A stretch of 64,000 nucleotides of DNA from an uncultured archaeon. GTDB lineage: Archaea > Aenigmatarchaeota > Aenigmatarchaeia > Aenigmatarchaeales > Aenigmatarchaeaceae. The DNA lies in NCBI GenBank assembly GCA_964353745.1, contig CAYGWD010000001.1:3440-67439 (forward strand). The letters are read 5' to 3'. Numbering within the stretch: position 1 is the first letter of the stretch; each line of letters starts with the position of its first letter. This document shows, one piece after another, positions 50,653 to 59,961 of this stretch. The notes under the pieces were generated by a model that made no database searches, was not told the origin of the DNA, and saw nothing but the letters and a program-made list of their open reading frames with translations. A program made the translations under genes and the position numbers.

Positions 50653-52122
50653 TTAGAGTACTTTAAGTACTGCATTGTCTTGATTCTGATAAACTATGCT
50701 AAAGCTATTGTTAGCATTTAATGTTGTTTTAACAAATTGATAGCTAAAGACTGCAGCTAAGTTTGCATGCGGCACAATATAACTCTCTGAAACAACACCA
50801 CTCCATATAACTATGTAAGAAACATTGTATTTCTTTAATATGCTATTAATATACGTAGCATTATCTGTAGTCATTATCTTATCGAATTCCACAATTTGTG
50901 TCCATATATCTTTCCTGTCGGCATAGTTTCTTAAACTACCGCTATAAGTTGTGAACACTGATGCATCTTTCGGTGTATTACTCTTTACCCATTCCAGTGC
51001 TTGTACATAGCTCTGCGGAAATCTTACAGATTCAGAGGTTGCTAATCCAATGGATATACTTGAATAAAACGCAAAAATCACAATCGGCACTAATAAAATC
51101 ATTAAATATTTATTTTTTTCTTTAAGCTTATACAAGAAATAACCTCCCATCAAAGCTAACTGAGGAAACACTATCATAAGATATCTATCTTCTGCAATCA
51201 CTTTCCCTAAGCTGTACAATGTTAAAAACATCGCTAAAAATATAAGAAACAATAATGCTGACAATTCTATTGATTTAGGGTTCTGTCTTCTATCAAAAAA
51301 TATGTAAAGTGAACCGAATATGCCAACAACTAATGGTATCCACCCAAAAGCTGATATAAAGTAATCAAGAGTCAAGAGCGGTGATGTAATTGATGAGCCC
51401 GGCCCTATCCAACCTGCAGCATAAGATGTTGTAGGAACTAACATGTCAATAACTATAAAATGCGGGTAATTGAAAATCAATGTATTTCTTACTATATAAG
51501 GCATTATAACTATAATTGAAATTCCTAAAGCCAAAAGTGCCAATTTGAATTGTTGCTTATCTTTCTTAAAAATGTAAAGACATGCCGAATAAAATGCAAA
51601 AATCATAATAATGTAGAAAGTGCTAACTTTTGCAAAATAAGATATACCTATCATAGAGCCTAGCACAATTGACTTTTTCTTGGAATCTATGTTTACAGCC
51701 ATATATGTGAGTAAAGCTGAGAAGAAGGCAGTCGGCACATCAACATATGCTAACAATGACATACTAGTAAAGATCGGTATTAAAAGAAGAATTGCCACAG
51801 AGAATATCCCAACATAGATGTTTATTTTCTTACCAATAAGATAGACTAGCACCAATGTTAAAAAACCAAAAATTGCTGTAATCATTTTTGCTATTGAAAG
51901 TGATGTACCGAATATTAAAAATAAAATACTATAAAGAAGTGGTATAAATGGTGGATCTAAAGTCGGTACAAGGATAAGTTTAGCTAATTGCTCGCCTGAA
52001 TAAATATACCCTGCTTCGTCCTCACCAAGAAATGCAGTTTTAGAGGCTAGATGCATATCGAAAATTCCAAGCACTGTAATTATCAATAAAAATGCAAGTT
52101 CTATTTTTTTATTTTTATTCAT
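50653..52122 (-). CDS. GT-C fold (GT39/ArnT/PMT-like) membrane glycosyltransferase
   Basis: GEDEAGY, PP motif, YVDVP, DRY; multiple TM helices; STT3-like soluble tail. Confidence 0.8.
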   Translation of the reverse strand: MNKNKKIELAFLLIITVLGIFDMHLASKTAFLGEDEAGYIYSGEQLAKLILVPTLDPPFIPLLYSILFLIFGTSLSIAKMITAIFGFLTLVLVYLIGKKINIYVGIFSVAILLLIPIFTSMSLLAYVDVPTAFFSALLTYMAVNIDSKKKSIVLGSMIGISYFAKVSTFYIIMIFAFYSACLYIFKKDKQQFKLALLALGISIIVIMPYIVRNTLIFNYPHFIVIDMLVPTTSYAAGWIGPGSSITSPLLTLDYFISAFGWIPLVVGIFGSLYIFFDRRQNPKSIELSALLFLIFLAMFLTLYSLGKVIAEDRYLMIVFPQLALMGGYFLYKLKEKNKYLMILLVPIVIFAFYSSISIGLATSESVRFPQSYVQALEWVKSNTPKDASVFTTYSGSLRNYADRKDIWTQIVEFDKIMTTDNATYINSILKKYNVSYIVIWSGVVSESYIVPHANLAAVFSYQFVKTTLNANNSFSIVYQNQDNAVLKVL

Positions 52123-52169
52123 TTTCTCATCCTATTAGTTTTATAATCTAAAGTTTAAAAGCATTATAA

Positions 52170-53582
52170 TCATGAAAAATAGTCTAAAAATGATTTGAAG
52201 CCGAACAACTTCCTTTTAATGTCGGAAACACTTCTTATGTTTGTTATCATCCTAAATATTTGATTTGGTCTCAGATAAAACTCCTTGAGAGCCTTGTCTA
52301 TGTAATGATCAATCTCCTTCTTTGAGAATTGCGGATAGTTTAATATGGTAACCTGTTCCTTTTCAGGGGAGACCCATTCTGTCCAGTCTTTGGGAACCAA
52401 GTAGCCATTTTGTTTTGCCCACTCATATATTGGCGTGCCGGGATAAGCTGTTATGCCACTAAACTGGGCAGTATCCAGAGGCAAGCTCTTGGCAAAATCG
52501 ATAGTCTTCTGTGCTTCCTTTGGGGTCTCGCCTGGGAATCCGAACATGAAACAGCCATGAAGTATGAAACCTAATTTATGTGCAGCTTTGCTAAATCTTT
52601 TACTTTGCTCGATTGTCACTCTTTTACAAACTGCATCCAAGCACCTCTGATTTCCACTTTCATACCCGATCATCAACATTCTGCAACCCGCTTTCTTCAT
52701 TATAGGCAGCAATGATAAATCAATGTCAACCCTTACGTTACAACTCCACTTTATATTAAGTTTTCTCCTTTTCAGCTCATTGCAAAATTCTTTAACGTGC
52801 TTTGGGGATGCTGTGAAAGTGTCTGTCTCAATCATGAACTCTTGAATTTGCGGAAAGAGTTGCAGGTCATACTCGATTTCGTCAACAATGCTTTCTGCAG
52901 ACCTGGGCCTGAAAATTCTTTTGAACAGTAAAGGGGTGCTGACGCAAAATGTACAATAATTAGGACAACCTCTGCCAGTTATCAGAGTTATGAACGGATA
53001 CAATTTTCCAGGGTCTGGATAATCTTCTATTTTAATGTGATGCCATGCAGGAAAAGGCAATTCGTCTACGTTCTGTATAGGCGGTCTTGATTTGTTCCTG
53101 TATATTTTATTATTTTTTCTGTAAGCAATGCCTAAAATTTTATTAATGGCTTTTTTATTTGCCAAGTCACGCAAGGTGTAATCGAATTCGCCGTAAGCTA
53201 CAACATCTATTAGTCTGTCTATCTTTAACGACTCTTCGGGCAAAGCAGAAACGTGAGGACCAATCAAAACAGTCATTATCTTTTTGTTCTTTTCCTTAAT
53301 CAATCTACCATGGTGTATGTCGCTATATATCGACGGCGTGGTGCAATAAATAACAACCATCTCTGGATTGAAATCCAGAACTCGCTTTACCAAAGCTTTT
53401 TCATGGATGTCGTGAGTGGTGGCATCAATGAACTGCACCTCATGCCCGTCCATTTCAAGAACAGCAACAGCAGTAAGGAAATATTCCGGATGTCTGAAAC
53501 ATCTACTACGGCTCTTGGTATACCAGCGAGCAGACTTTGAAAAATCCTTGCCATAGCTTGGAATTATAGCCGAGACTCTCAT
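52170..53582 (-). CDS. B12-binding-domain radical SAM protein 7 (most HpnJ-like)
   Basis: ARWYTKSRSRCFRHPEYF, TTPS, GPHVSALPEE, GEFDYT, GRGCPNYCTFC, DTFT, GYESG. Confidence 0.92.
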   Translation of the reverse strand: MRVSAIIPSYGKDFSKSARWYTKSRSRCFRHPEYFLTAVAVLEMDGHEVQFIDATTHDIHEKALVKRVLDFNPEMVVIYCTTPSIYSDIHHGRLIKEKNKKIMTVLIGPHVSALPEESLKIDRLIDVVAYGEFDYTLRDLANKKAINKILGIAYRKNNKIYRNKSRPPIQNVDELPFPAWHHIKIEDYPDPGKLYPFITLITGRGCPNYCTFCVSTPLLFKRIFRPRSAESIVDEIEYDLQLFPQIQEFMIETDTFTASPKHVKEFCNELKRRKLNIKWSCNVRVDIDLSLLPIMKKAGCRMLMIGYESGNQRCLDAVCKRVTIEQSKRFSKAAHKLGFILHGCFMFGFPGETPKEAQKTIDFAKSLPLDTAQFSGITAYPGTPIYEWAKQNGYLVPKDWTEWVSPEKEQVTILNYPQFSKKEIDHYIDKALKEFYLRPNQIFRMITNIRSVSDIKRKLFGFKSFLDYFS

Positions 53583-53635
53583 TTTATCTACACCTTAGAT
53601 TATAATATCAGGATTATTTATTTAAATTAGAAATT

Positions 53636-54679
53636 CTAGACGTGTTCCAATACCCTCTTAAGGCCTTCGTCTATCTTTATTGTGGGTTCGTACCCGAGCA
53701 ATTTCTTGGCCTTTTCTATATTGGGGCATCTTCTTTTCGGATCGTCTTTTATGTTATAATGAGCTGGCTGTGAGTTGATCTTGATTTCTGATCTAGAACC
53801 TGTAGTTTTTATTATTTTCTTGGCCAAGTCTAGAATTGTAATTTCTTTGTCATTCCCTATGTTTATTATTTCCCCATCTAAGCCATCAGTTAAAAGTAAT
53901 TTAAATAAACCAATCATGGTGTCCACGACATAGCAAAAGCTTCTGGTTTGTTTTCCATCCCCAAATATAGTTATAGGCTCGTTAGCTTTGGCCTGTCTGA
54001 CAAAATTAATCAGCGCCCTACCATAAGTCGTTGCCAAGCCTGAGTCAAGCCGATCCCCAAAAGTATTGAATATCCTAGCTATTCTTACCGGCACTCCATG
54101 CTTTTTCCAATAATAATAGGTGTATGTTTCTGCAACCCTCTTTCCCTCGTCATACATGGCTCTTGAACTGGTGGTGTGTATTATGCCGTGAAACGTCTCT
54201 GGTGTCGGTATCACATCGTCTGGCGGATTGCCGTATATCTCGCTCGTGCTCGTCAAAAGAAAGCCTTTAATTTTATTTTTAATTCCCAATTCTAACATCT
54301 TCTTTGTCGCTATGACAGAAGAGTCCAATGTTTCTATGGGATGCTCAAAATAAACCATCGGCGATGCTATGCATGCCATATGTATGATGTAATCAATCTT
54401 CTCGTCGGCGTTGTAGTTCAAGATGTCGTCCTGCACGAACTTGAAGTTCTTTTTGCTCAATAGGTGGCCTATGTTTTCTTTGGTTCCCACAATTAGGTTG
54501 TCGACACAGATTATGTCAGCGCCAAACTCATTCAACACGTCGCAGAACCAGCTTCCCAAAAAACCTGCTCCGCCTGTCACAAGGAACGTGTGCCCTCTTA
54601 TCTTGTCTTCAAACTCGCTCAAGTTATCAACAATCTCTTTCAAGTCTTTTTTTATTCTTTCATTAATCATGTCAATCAA
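53636..54679 (-). CDS. UDP-glucuronate decarboxylase (UDP-xylose synthase)-like
   Basis: TGGAGFLGS, HMACIASP, TSTSEIYG, YDEGKRVAET, DDPKRRCP. Confidence 0.88.
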   Translation of the reverse strand: MIDMINERIKKDLKEIVDNLSEFEDKIRGHTFLVTGGAGFLGSWFCDVLNEFGADIICVDNLIVGTKENIGHLLSKKNFKFVQDDILNYNADEKIDYIIHMACIASPMVYFEHPIETLDSSVIATKKMLELGIKNKIKGFLLTSTSEIYGNPPDDVIPTPETFHGIIHTTSSRAMYDEGKRVAETYTYYYWKKHGVPVRIARIFNTFGDRLDSGLATTYGRALINFVRQAKANEPITIFGDGKQTRSFCYVVDTMIGLFKLLLTDGLDGEIINIGNDKEITILDLAKKIIKTTGSRSEIKINSQPAHYNIKDDPKRRCPNIEKAKKLLGYEPTIKIDEGLKRVLEHV

Positions 54680-55527
54680 TCTCTAAACACTTCGTGGCTC
54701 TTCTCTAAAGCTATCTTATAGCTCTCTGGTTTTCCAATATCTATTCTGACTTCATTTTCTCCTATTTCTTTTGCATAAACATCGTGATTATTATTTATCA
54801 TTTCCTGTATGGCGTCTGTTAGTTGCTTTTCCTGGTTGACCCCAAGGGAGATTTTCTCTATTGCATTGAATATTTCAGGACTAAAAATATATATGCCAAC
54901 TGCTGTCAAGTTTGAAAGCGGCATCTTGGGTTTCTCAATTATATTTGTTACCTTATACAGGTCTGTACCAATGAGATTGCCTACAATGACTCCGAATCTT
55001 TCAGGATTGGGAACTTTTTCAGCAGAAAGAACAGCCTTAGCGTTGAATTTCTCAAAAGTGAGTATGATATCTTTAATAAAACTATAATTAGGAGAGTGAA
55101 TGTAATCGTCGCCTGCCCATACTATGAAGTTGTCAGAACCAACAAAGGATTTAGCCCTGTAGACAGCGTCCCCAAAACCAATCGGATATGGCTGGTTCTT
55201 CCAGATAATCTCTGAATTTTCTAGCATGTTATAGAACTTTTCCAAATGCTTTGCGGCATTGTTGTTTTTGCTCTTTAAATATTGTAGGTAAGCTATGTCG
55301 GGTGTGAAGTGATCCTCTATGCTTCTCTTGCCTCTGCCTACGATAAAGCAGAATTCTCTGATTCCTATGTTATAGAGCTGTTCAAAAGAAACTTGAAGCA
55401 ATGGTTTAACTAGAACCTCGTCGCCTTCCCTATAAAATATGGGAAGCATCTCTCTAGGAAATTCTTTTGTGTAAGGCAAAAATCTTGTTCCCAAACCTCC
55501 TGCTGTTATTACCGCTTTTTTTATCAT
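54676..55527 (-). CDS. galU: UTP--glucose-1-phosphate uridylyltransferase-like nucleotidyltransferase
   Basis: KAVITAGGLGTRFLPYTK, GKRSIEDHF, GFGDAV, EKP, QLTDAI. Confidence 0.85.
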   Translation of the reverse strand: MIKKAVITAGGLGTRFLPYTKEFPREMLPIFYREGDEVLVKPLLQVSFEQLYNIGIREFCFIVGRGKRSIEDHFTPDIAYLQYLKSKNNNAAKHLEKFYNMLENSEIIWKNQPYPIGFGDAVYRAKSFVGSDNFIVWAGDDYIHSPNYSFIKDIILTFEKFNAKAVLSAEKVPNPERFGVIVGNLIGTDLYKVTNIIEKPKMPLSNLTAVGIYIFSPEIFNAIEKISLGVNQEKQLTDAIQEMINNNHDVYAKEIGENEVRIDIGKPESYKIALEKSHEVFRD

Positions 55528-56411
55528 TCTCTGACACCATATTTTTTCTTCATAATTTCATTAACATGCTCTATAGCCTTGAGGAAAACAGGGTCATGAT
55601 CAAGATTTTTTTCCACATGCCTTATCATTGCTCTCAAATCCTTGGGAAAGCATTTGCCACCGAAAGCCTTGCCACAAACAGTTCCATACTTTCCTATTCT
55701 CTTGTCCAGACCAACTATGTCAGCGACTTTTTGCCCGTCTATTCCCATTTTTTCACATATCTGATATAGTTCATTGAAATATGATATTGAAGCTGCTAGA
55801 CGAAGATTGTTAGCATATTTTATTATCTCTGCTGTCTTATAATCTGTTCTTATAATCGGTGAGTTCAAGTGCTTTAACAAATTTTCAACTTCATCCCCGA
55901 ATTTCTTATTGCTGCCTTCTCCTATGACTATCTTGTCCTCTGTTTTGAAGTCTCTCTTGAATTCTGGGTCGTCAGTCCAGCTGTGAGCTATCTCTGTCAG
56001 GAATTCTGGCATAAATATTACACCGAAATCAATGTTGGCTTTCTTTCTCGAATGCTTTTCTAAGTTAGGTATTATAATAGACTCCGTGGTTCCTGGAACC
56101 ATTGTTGACTTGAAAACAAAAACATGAGATTTGCCCTTCTTGGATAGAACCTTGGACAAATCCTCTGACACCTTTTCTATAAAACTCAAATCAATGCCTT
56201 CCTCGGTTGAAGGTGTAGGAACTGCTATAAAGGAAATGTCAGTATTATTTAATGCATATTCCAAATTGTCTGTGGCATCAAATCCTTCAGATTTTATTTT
56301 TTCAACAGTGCTCTTGTTGATATCATAGAAAATTACTTTATTGCTTTCCAAAAACCCTTTTCCTACTATTTGACCAACGACCCCAGAACCGATTATGCTA
56401 ATTCTTTTCAT
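55524..56411 (-). CDS. ugd: UDP-glucose/GDP-mannose dehydrogenase family protein, short form
   Basis: GSGVVG, AVPTP, KSTMVPGT, PEFL, AEIIKY, FGGKCFPKD; lacks the C-terminal UDP-binding domain. Confidence 0.82.
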   Translation of the reverse strand: MKRISIIGSGVVGQIVGKGFLESNKVIFYDINKSTVEKIKSEGFDATDNLEYALNNTDISFIAVPTPSTEEGIDLSFIEKVSEDLSKVLSKKGKSHVFVFKSTMVPGTTESIIIPNLEKHSRKKANIDFGVIFMPEFLTEIAHSWTDDPEFKRDFKTEDKIVIGEGSNKKFGDEVENLLKHLNSPIIRTDYKTAEIIKYANNLRLAASISYFNELYQICEKMGIDGQKVADIVGLDKRIGKYGTVCGKAFGGKCFPKDLRAMIRHVEKNLDHDPVFLKAIEHVNEIMKKKYGVRE

Positions 56412-56511
56412 TTCACTACCTTTCATTAAATAAGTCAAAACCGTATATATATCTTACCTTTATACTACCTAATCCGATAAATATTTAAATATTAGTCAAG
56501 ATAGCATTATC

Positions 56512-57300
56512 ATGAAAGAAAAGATTTCTGTAACAATTGATAGCAACGTATTGAAAGAGATAGAGCCTTTGATAGACGGTATAAAGATACGAAACAAATC
56601 GCAAGCAGTAGAGTTTTTGCTCAGAAAAACTCTTTCTGAAAATAGAAACGCTGTGATACTGGTTGGAGGCCCTGAAGACAAACTAAAAATCAACGGAGTA
56701 TTAAAGCCGTTGGTAAAAATAAAAAATAAAACTGTCATAGAGCATATGATCGATAATTTCAAGAAATACAAATTTTCGAACGTCTACATAGTAGGTAGAA
56801 AAAACATCTTAAGCGAGATTTTCAAAACAATCGGGGACGGCTCATCATACGATGTTAACTTTAATTATGTTGAAGAGAAAGACGAAAAATCCGTGACTCT
56901 GCAGGATTCTGCTAGAACCCTAAAGCTATTGAAAGGAAAAATAAAATCACCGTTCATTTGCTCCTACTGTGATATAGTATTTGACTATGACCTCGATGTA
57001 ATATGGAATTTCCACAGCAGCAACAAGAATATGGTTACTAGTTTGCTAAAGACCACACAGACGCCTAGGAAATGGGGAGTAGTAACTGTCAACGGCAATA
57101 AAATAATGAAGTTTGTAGAAAAGCCGAAGAATGTCAACTCTAATTTGGTCTACACAGGAATTTTCATCTCCGAACCTGATATACTTGAAATTCCCGGTAA
57201 CTCTTTAGAATACGAGATATTTCCGAAACTGGCAGAGGAAGAGAAGTTGGCAGGATATATATGTTCCGGAAACAGCAAACACATACATGAAAAAAATTAA
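56512..57300 (+). CDS. ribbon-helix-helix domain fused to a degenerate sugar-phosphate nucleotidyltransferase
   Basis: KISVTIDSNVLKEIE..RNKSQAVEFLL; AVILVGGPEDKL in place of GxGTR; EKP. Confidence 0.75.
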   Translation: MKEKISVTIDSNVLKEIEPLIDGIKIRNKSQAVEFLLRKTLSENRNAVILVGGPEDKLKINGVLKPLVKIKNKTVIEHMIDNFKKYKFSNVYIVGRKNILSEIFKTIGDGSSYDVNFNYVEEKDEKSVTLQDSARTLKLLKGKIKSPFICSYCDIVFDYDLDVIWNFHSSNKNMVTSLLKTTQTPRKWGVVTVNGNKIMKFVEKPKNVNSNLVYTGIFISEPDILEIPGNSLEYEIFPKLAEEEKLAGYICSGNSKHIHEKN

Positions 57301-57332
57301 ATAGGTCAAAGCTAATATCTCAAGGGATAAAA

Positions 57333-57866
57333 ATGAAAATAATGGTAGTCGGAGTTGGCAAGCTAGGCTCTCAAGTGGCCTTTCTAGCTCTGCTAAGGCT
57401 AAGACCACAAAAACTGATACTTTCTGATGTAAAGGATTTGTCTGGGGATATTTTGGATTTACAACATGCATGCAAAGGCTTGAACATAAACACTGATATA
57501 ACAGAGAAAAAGGAGCCTTGTGATTTTATAATAATAACAGCAGGCACGGCGAGGAATGAAAAAATAAAAACTCATGAGGAGCTCTTCAAGATAAACACGC
57601 CTCTCATGAAAGAGCTAATCAAAGAACTGAAAGGCTGCATCGAAAAAGACACGAAGATAATAGTCATGACAAATCCCGTGGAAGAAATGACAAAATTAGT
57701 CAAAGAAACTCTTCCTGAGAATTTTGTGGCAAACCCAGAGAAGATACTCATGAAGATGAGGGATAACAAAGAACTTGGCTGGGAAATCGTTTCAACAAAA
57801 GGCTATAGCAATTTTGGCCCGGCTGTTTCCGCAATATTACTGATTGAAGAAATTAATAAAGCCTAA
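57333..57866 (+). CDS. internally shortened malate/lactate dehydrogenase-like protein
   Basis: VGVGKLG, DLQHA, ITAG, TNPVE, EIVSTKG..FGPA; only 177 aa. Confidence 0.75.
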   Translation: MKIMVVGVGKLGSQVAFLALLRLRPQKLILSDVKDLSGDILDLQHACKGLNINTDITEKKEPCDFIIITAGTARNEKIKTHEELFKINTPLMKELIKELKGCIEKDTKIIVMTNPVEEMTKLVKETLPENFVANPEKILMKMRDNKELGWEIVSTKGYSNFGPAVSAILLIEEINKA

Positions 57867-58910
57867 TCATCTAGCTTTGGCAAACTTTACCGCTCTATCC
57901 AGATCTTCTACGATGCCAACCGCAGTTTCAACGTTGCAAGGATTCTCTCCCTTGCCTTCAAAGAAATCGACTGCTCTTTGCTGATGAAATCTCATATGAT
58001 TATCATCAACGCTATCAATCTTTTCCATGTTTCCATTTTGGTAGACGAATACAATACTCTGACCTCTAGGTTTATTTGGCATTGGTTCGAAAATTCCCCC
58101 AACAGTTACAAACCTTTCTTCAACAAGCATTACTCTGTATCTTTCGTCTGGATTTTTAATGTTATATTTAGGCAATTTATCAGAATCTGGTAATCTAACA
58201 TCAGTGTTTCCTATCATTGAAGTAAAGAAATGAACAAAAGAGCCGTCCTTTGCCCTGTAGTCCAGTAAAGCTTCGCCTTGGTCCTCCACAACATTACCAT
58301 TGGATAACATCATAGGTCTAAAAACAGAATTTGTGATTTCCTTTATTCTTCTGTCACCACCAGAACCGACAACACACGTCTCCATGTGTGTTCCTTCATA
58401 ACCGAATGCTCCCAATTCTTTATCAAGGAATCTTCCTTTTTCAACATCAGGGATTCTATTCTTACTAAATTCAATTGAAATTGATGGTCTTTTCATTTCA
58501 AACTCTTCTACATATTTTCTGATTTTTTGTGTAACTTGGGAAGACATATAATTTTCGTTAACAACTAACTTTGCTTTTTCAAACTTTTTCTCTAGCATCC
58601 TTAACTTTTCTGTTTCTGAAGGCATACAAACTGGTTTTTCAACCAGTATTCTAGCGGCAGGGTACTGCGAAAGAATTTCTTTAACAACGCTAAAATGAGA
58701 ATCGGTCGGTGTTGTCACATCAAAATAATCCGGCTCTGGACCGCACATCAGCATCTCTTCCAGACTCCTGTAAAAATACATTTGCGAAGTTTGAAATTCT
58801 TTTATTTTTTGGGGGTCGTTATCAAATACCCCTATCATTTCTGCTTCTGGAAAAGTATTTTTGTGAATTCTTGCGGCATTTCCATATCCTATTACATTTT
58901 TTGTTACCAT
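57867..58910 (-). CDS. Gfo/Idh/MocA family oxidoreductase
   Basis: IGYGNAARIH, TPTDSH, LVEKP. Confidence 0.8.
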   Translation of the reverse strand: MVTKNVIGYGNAARIHKNTFPEAEMIGVFDNDPQKIKEFQTSQMYFYRSLEEMLMCGPEPDYFDVTTPTDSHFSVVKEILSQYPAARILVEKPVCMPSETEKLRMLEKKFEKAKLVVNENYMSSQVTQKIRKYVEEFEMKRPSISIEFSKNRIPDVEKGRFLDKELGAFGYEGTHMETCVVGSGGDRRIKEITNSVFRPMMLSNGNVVEDQGEALLDYRAKDGSFVHFFTSMIGNTDVRLPDSDKLPKYNIKNPDERYRVMLVEERFVTVGGIFEPMPNKPRGQSIVFVYQNGNMEKIDSVDDNHMRFHQQRAVDFFEGKGENPCNVETAVGIVEDLDRAVKFAKAR

Positions 58911-58946
58911 AGTTATATTAAAACAGAAAACTTTAAATTACTTTTG

Positions 58947-59918
58947 TCAGAACAACAGGTCCCCATCAAACCAGATTTCTTTAGGCGTTAAGAAGGATGC
59001 TTTTTTACCTAAAAACTTTCCTGCAAACAAGGTCATTTTAGAGTAAAATATCTTTGGTTCGAAAAATCTCTTAATTTCATTGTCATATTCTTTAAAATTA
59101 GGAAAGTTTTTCAAGAGAAAGTTGCAAGCTGTTAAACCCCAGATAACACCACCTCTAGAGGTTGGTTTTGTCAAACCTATGGCATCTCCGCAAAGAGCAA
59201 CTCTTCCTGCTTCCGCATTAACCAATCCTTCAGGTATTATGTGCGAATAAATTTTCTGAGGTTTAATTCTTTTAGACTTGCAAAATTTATTGAACTTATC
59301 CTTTGCTTTGTCCAAATCTTCTAATAAACCATATTCAATGCTAGAACCCCTAGGTATAACCCAAGCAAAACCGTTCTCAGAAGGGTAAACATCAACAAAG
59401 TTCGATTTATTCTTTTTGCTTTTGTACGTGTATATTCCTAGCTTATACTTTGGCTCCTTGATACCAACTGATCTTCTCACGATTGAGTTGAAACCATCAC
59501 AACCTATTAGGTAGTCAAACTCATATACCTTGTCAGCTAGTATCTGCGGTTTCTTATCCTTGAAAAAATAAACTTTCTTTACCTCATTGTTAAGAAGTAT
59601 GTTTGCTCCACTCTCCTTTGCAAGCTTTGAAACGTATTGATCCAACAATTTCCTATTCATGACAAGCATTCGAGGATGAAACTTTAGCTTGACATCTTTG
59701 TTTGGAAAATGAACTATGGCTTCGTCAATGAAATTCTCTATCAACTTCTCATTCTTTGGTATGAAGTTCCAAATCCTCTCGGATATCAAACCCGAGCAAG
59801 GTTTCTCTCCTATTACTTTGTTCTTTTCAAAGACAGTAACATCGTTTTCCTTGGAGAGTTTCCAAGCTAAGAAAGAACCGTTAATGCTGCAACCAACTAT
59901 GCCTACTCTACTTTTCAC
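58947..59918 (-). CDS. geranylgeranyl reductase-family flavoprotein
   Basis: KPCSGLIS, IGCDGFNS, FAWVIP, GDAIGLTKPTSRGG. Confidence 0.82.
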   Translation of the reverse strand: MKSRVGIVGCSINGSFLAWKLSKENDVTVFEKNKVIGEKPCSGLISERIWNFIPKNEKLIENFIDEAIVHFPNKDVKLKFHPRMLVMNRKLLDQYVSKLAKESGANILLNNEVKKVYFFKDKKPQILADKVYEFDYLIGCDGFNSIVRRSVGIKEPKYKLGIYTYKSKKNKSNFVDVYPSENGFAWVIPRGSSIEYGLLEDLDKAKDKFNKFCKSKRIKPQKIYSHIIPEGLVNAEAGRVALCGDAIGLTKPTSRGGVIWGLTACNFLLKNFPNFKEYDNEIKRFFEPKIFYSKMTLFAGKFLGKKASFLTPKEIWFDGDLLF

Positions 59919-59961
59919 AAGTTCTATTTAATTTTAAATACTTTTATATCATATCTATTTT

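Noticed and set aside
29938..53582. Annotating the B12 radical SAMs as BchE or hopanoid methylases
   Set aside because: No chlorophyll or hopanoid genes are present; the context is glycosylation.
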